Assembly: GCA_963731765.1 (NCBI GenBank)
Contig: CAVSWS010000004.1
Coordinates: 26,670 to 90,669, forward strand
DNA: 64,000 nucleotides
Direction of reading: 5' to 3'
Origin: an uncultured Chloroflexia bacterium
GTDB lineage: Bacteria; Chloroflexota; Dehalococcoidia; DSTF01; WHTK01
Every line of letters begins with the position of its first letter. The first letter of the stretch is position 1. Under the pieces are notes generated by a model. It saw only the letters and a program-made list of their open reading frames with translations, did not search any database and was not told the origin of the DNA. The position numbers were made by a program, and so were the translations under genes. This document shows positions 60,819-64,000 of the stretch, piece by piece.

Positions 60819-61499
60819 CTACGCGCTGACTTTGACGTCCTCCGGTCGCTTCAACCAGGCTTCGTGGAGCGCGGCAGCGAGGGCTTCGGTCGCGGCCTTG
60901 CGGTCGGCGGCTCCGGCGATGCCTGTGGCGACAGCGATGCCCGCAGCGCCCGTCTGGACGACCTCGGCGATGTTTTCCGTCGTGATGCCGCCGATGGCGA
61001 TGACGGGGATCGAGGTGTCTTCGACGATGTCGGAGATCAGCTTCGGACCCACCGGCTTTTCGTCGGGCGCCTTGGAGCTCTTGTAGATCGGGCCCGCGAG
61101 CACCCATTCGGCGCCCTCGGCCGTGGCCTGGAGGGCGGCAGCGTGGTCGTCGGCGCTGCGGCCGAGGACCGTGTACTTGCCCATGAGACCACGGGCGGCG
61201 CGAGTGGGCAGGCCGTCCTCGGCCAGCTGCACGCCGTCGGCCTCGACGGCCTGAGCCACATCGATGCGGTCGTGAATGACGAGCAGCGCCTTGCCGCGGG
61301 TAATCGCCTTCACGCGCGTGGCGAGCTCCGCCAGCTTGCCGGCTGCCATGCCGGGCTCCCTGAGCATGACCATGGTCACGCCGCCGGCGACGGCGTCGGT
61401 AACGGCGGCTTCGACGTTGCCGTCTTTGAGGTCTGCTGAGTTGGCCACGAAACAGAGGACGGGCAGTCTCAACCGTCCAATTCGAGTAGGCAGCGCCAT
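60819..61499 (-). CDS. Divergent thiamine-phosphate synthase/TenI-family protein
   Basis: GGVTMVMLREP, IHDRID, GRS, GPIY, PVIAIGGI; several ThiE active-site residues substituted. Confidence 0.8.
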   Translation of the reverse strand: MALPTRIGRLRLPVLCFVANSADLKDGNVEAAVTDAVAGGVTMVMLREPGMAAGKLAELATRVKAITRGKALLVIHDRIDVAQAVEADGVQLAEDGLPTRAARGLMGKYTVLGRSADDHAAALQATAEGAEWVLAGPIYKSSKAPDEKPVGPKLISDIVEDTSIPVIAIGGITTENIAEVVQTGAAGIAVATGIAGAADRKAATEALAAALHEAWLKRPEDVKVSA

Positions 61500-61644
61500 G
61501 TCGTTCTCCCTCTGTGCTTATCCTGGATCGGCCGTGAGCATCGCGTCCTGCGGCTGCGCCGGCCGGTCAATTTGCCCCATTCGAATCACAGTGTCTAGTG
61601 CCTACGATACGCCTCTGCGTTGCGATGAGCGAGCGCTCCAGCGG

Positions 61645-62406
61645 CTATGAGGCACTGGGTTGCCAGTAGCGATAGAAATGATGCATCGCCCGCACGCCGC
61701 CCAGGTCGTAGGTGCTCTGGAGGGCTTTCGTGACGTAAGCCTTGCCCGCCGCAACGGAGTGCTCAATGGTCTCGCCCTTGGCCAGCGTGGCCGCGACAGC
61801 GGCTGCGAAGGTGGTGCCGGCGCCCCGGACGTCCATCATGTCGACGCGCTCGGCGGTGTAGTCCCGGTAGTCCTGGCCGTCGAACAGGAGGTCCGTCACC
61901 AGCTTGCCCTCATGCTTGCCGCCCTTGATCACCACATTGGCGACGCCCATTGCCGCAATCGCGCGCGCCGCATCGCGCATTTCGTCCCAGGACTCGACTT
62001 GCATGCCCGTCAGCGCGAAGGCTTCGGGAACGTTAGGTGTGGCGAGGTAGGCGAGGGGTAGCAGGCGCGTCTTCAGGAGCGCGGCCGTGTCCGGGTCCTG
62101 GGCCGCATCGGCCGGGTCGAGCACGACGAACTGCACGTCCTGCCGCTTGAGGGCATCGGCGATGACCTCGAGGTGTGCGGCGCTGGCGGGGCAGACGACC
62201 TTCACGGCATCGACGCGGATGGCGCCAAACACGGATGAAAGCTGCGATGCGAGGGCCGATGCGTCGATAAGGCCGTCGCCGGTGGTCGTGACGGCGGCAG
62301 CGGCGTGCAGCCCCAGGGCGGAGAATGCTTTGACGTCTACCAGGACGCCGTCCTGACCCCGTGGATCCAGGGGCCCAATTGTCAGTGCGGTGAGCGCTCT
62401 AGCCAT
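61645..62406 (-). CDS. Divergent ThiD-like HMP(-P) kinase (ribokinase fold)
   Basis: ATPNVPEA, IKGG, RGAGTTFAAA, MHHF; substrate-side motifs degenerate. Confidence 0.8.
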   Translation of the reverse strand: MARALTALTIGPLDPRGQDGVLVDVKAFSALGLHAAAAVTTTGDGLIDASALASQLSSVFGAIRVDAVKVVCPASAAHLEVIADALKRQDVQFVVLDPADAAQDPDTAALLKTRLLPLAYLATPNVPEAFALTGMQVESWDEMRDAARAIAAMGVANVVIKGGKHEGKLVTDLLFDGQDYRDYTAERVDMMDVRGAGTTFAAAVAATLAKGETIEHSVAAGKAYVTKALQSTYDLGGVRAMHHFYRYWQPSAS

Positions 62407-62501
62407 ATCGAAAATGCTAGGGGCTGAGCAGGAGACCGTCCAGACACGGTGCGCTATCTTGATGAAGTCGATTTCATCTTTCGGTCCGGAGCCCTACCAA
62501 C

Positions 62502-63332
62502 TTGAAGCAACCTCGTCTGTCATTCCCGGGTCTACTCATGGCCCTGATTCTGCTCGTGACGGCCTGCGGTGGTGGCAGCTCGGCAACCCCCGAGCCGTCA
62601 CCTGAAGCCTCAGCCACGACCGCACCGGCGGCGTCCGATGCCACAGCTGTGCCGACCGTCGTCGCTTCGACAGGAGCGGAGGCCGATGCTGCCCTGCAGC
62701 CCGGACCACAGCCCGGCACGGCATGTCCGGTGGCGCTCGGTATCTGTCAGTTCGCCGTGGACATGGAGTCCGTGATCAAGACGGGCAACGTCGATGGCTT
62801 CTTCATGCATGCGACGCCGGTACAGGTCGCGTGCTCCGGCGAAGCGACGACGGCGGGCGTCTCGCTGGCGGTGTGCCAGGGGGCTGCGGCGAACGAGGTG
62901 CGGCAGGGCTACTGGGCGTTGCAGGGCGGCACCGGCCTCGTTGTGTCGGAGGCCGAGCTGCGCGAGGGTCTTTCGCGCTGGTTCGATGCGGCCTCGCGCG
63001 CAGGCGGCAGCAGCGATGTCTACGGGCCGGGCGCGGTACGGATCGGCTCCTTGAGCTGCACCCGACGCCCGGACCAGGCGAGCGGTACCTGCATCGGCAA
63101 CTCGATCCAGGTGCACTTCACGTTCATCAACCCGGAGAACGTGCAGGGCACCGGCGCAACCGGCGAGCGAGTGACCTTCCATGTCTCGGCCAGCGTGGTG
63201 GACGGCGTGGCAAGCGCCAACGGCCTCGGTACAGTCTCGCCGCCGAACCGGGTGCTGGCGGCAAACAGACTCGACATCCAGGACGCACAAGGCAACCCGC
63301 TGGTCCTCGAAGTCTATCCCTGGACGCACTGA
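62502..63332 (+). CDS. Hypothetical lipoprotein
   Basis: Lipobox LVTAC followed by GGGSS and an Ala/Pro/Thr linker; four additional Cys. Confidence 0.8.
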   Translation: MKQPRLSFPGLLMALILLVTACGGGSSATPEPSPEASATTAPAASDATAVPTVVASTGAEADAALQPGPQPGTACPVALGICQFAVDMESVIKTGNVDGFFMHATPVQVACSGEATTAGVSLAVCQGAAANEVRQGYWALQGGTGLVVSEAELREGLSRWFDAASRAGGSSDVYGPGAVRIGSLSCTRRPDQASGTCIGNSIQVHFTFINPENVQGTGATGERVTFHVSASVVDGVASANGLGTVSPPNRVLAANRLDIQDAQGNPLVLEVYPWTH

Positions 63333-63352
63333 CGCCTCGCTAAGATGCGAGG

Positions 63353-63862
63353 GTGACCACCGACAGGTTCCCGTCCGACGAGGTCCTGCTCTCTCAATGC
63401 GAGGTCGATACGTATCGCGCATCGGGGCCGGGCGGCCAGAAGCGCAACAAAACCGAATCGGCCGTGCGACTGCGCCACAAGCCCAGCGGACTGATCGTCA
63501 TCGCGGAGGAAAGCCGGTCGCAGCCGGAAAACAAGGCGCGGGCGCTACGGCGGTTGCGCAAGGCGCTGGCCGTGAAGCTGCGTCACGCCGCCGATATCGA
63601 GCGCGTGCCCGAGGCGGTGCTGGCGTGCATCGACAAGCGTGGGCGCCTCGATGTGGGGCAACGGGACGCGCGCTATCTGCCGGCCGTCGCGGCTGTCCTC
63701 GACGTCTTCGTGGCGTGCCGGGGCAGCGTGGCTGATGCAGCGCGGCATCTCGGCATCACGACGGGCAACCTCTCGTCCTTCCTCACCGACGACGAGGACG
63801 TCTACGTCGAGGCGAACCGGTTGCGTTCGAGCTTCAAGCTGAAGCCGCTGCGACGGGGTTAG
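63353..63862 (+). CDS. Class I release-factor-like (GGQ) protein with C-terminal HTH-like extension
   Basis: RASGPGGQKRNKTESAVRLRH...SRSQPENK; then GSVADAARHLGITTGNLSSFL; GTG 6 nt after TAAGAT. Confidence 0.85.
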   Translation: MTTDRFPSDEVLLSQCEVDTYRASGPGGQKRNKTESAVRLRHKPSGLIVIAEESRSQPENKARALRRLRKALAVKLRHAADIERVPEAVLACIDKRGRLDVGQRDARYLPAVAAVLDVFVACRGSVADAARHLGITTGNLSSFLTDDEDVYVEANRLRSSFKLKPLRRG

Positions 63863-63887
63863 ATGCCCTGATTGTTCCAAGTCAAAG

Positions 63888-63907
63888 CTGCGGGATTCAT
63901 CCCGCAG
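63888..63907. terminator. Hairpin between convergent genes
   Basis: CTGCGGGAT-TC-ATCCCGCAG. Confidence 0.65.
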
Positions 63908-63943
63908 TGTCTTCAGAACGAGACGCGTTGTACTGACGTCTAA

Positions 63944-64000
63944 CTAGTGACCTACAGCCAGGCGTGAGGCGAGGGCTTCCGGCAGGCCGGCGGCGCGGAT
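63944..64000 (-). CDS. 3' end of a gene entering from the right edge (possibly a metallophosphoesterase)
   Basis: IRAAGLPEALASRLAVGH* resembles the AGLP..LA.RL..G tail of metallophosphoesterases; only 19 codons visible. Confidence 0.45.
   Translation of the reverse strand: MRAAGLPEALASRLAVGH

Noticed and set aside
61515-61585. c-di-GMP-I riboswitch-like words on the minus strand (GGGCAAA...GGACGC) upstream of the ThiE-like gene
   Set aside because: No GNRA tetraloop or receptor, P1 not evident, and an implausible gene context; cmsearch with RF01051 would settle it.
59500-62500. TPP riboswitch near the thiD/thiE-like genes or the ABC transporter
   Set aside because: No CTGAGA...CCC...CCTGA..GGATAATGCC..CGTAGG-type pattern found; the thiD-like gene appears leaderless.

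Overview
High-GC bacterial chromosome segment, most consistent with an aerobic, F420-producing Chloroflexota (Dehalococcoidia-like). The inference rests on the RpoC N-terminus [18 protein letters not shown], long lineage-specific inserts in RpoB/RpoC, GAAC-N4-GTTC SOS boxes, and cofE/npdG plus F420-dependent enzymes. Housekeeping core: rpoB-rpoC, recA-recX, yggS-proC-yggT, yggU, ilvE, glxK, murI. Accessory metabolism: two Rieske oxygenases, P450, truncated globin, LarA, MetE-like protein, SDRs, and an ABC transporter. Signals missed by the ORF track: (1) a DsbA/FrnE selenoprotein (UGA in a UxxC motif followed by a SECIS-like hairpin); (2) a cluster of micro-proteins with LexA boxes, including a 40-aa zinc ribbon; (3) several dispersed palindromic repeat families with covarying arms, one abutting a decayed GIY-YIG nuclease; (4) an RpoB R529K substitution, equivalent to C. 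difficile R505K (rifamycin resistance); (5) a ~110-nt structured intergenic RNA candidate; (6) a NUDIX-like gene with an apparent ATA start; (7) a decayed MazF toxin; (8) pervasive leaderless gene starts; (9) co-degenerate ThiD/ThiE homologs. No rRNA, tRNA, CRISPR array, integrase or intact transposase was seen. Family calls come from recognised motifs only; no database searches were run.
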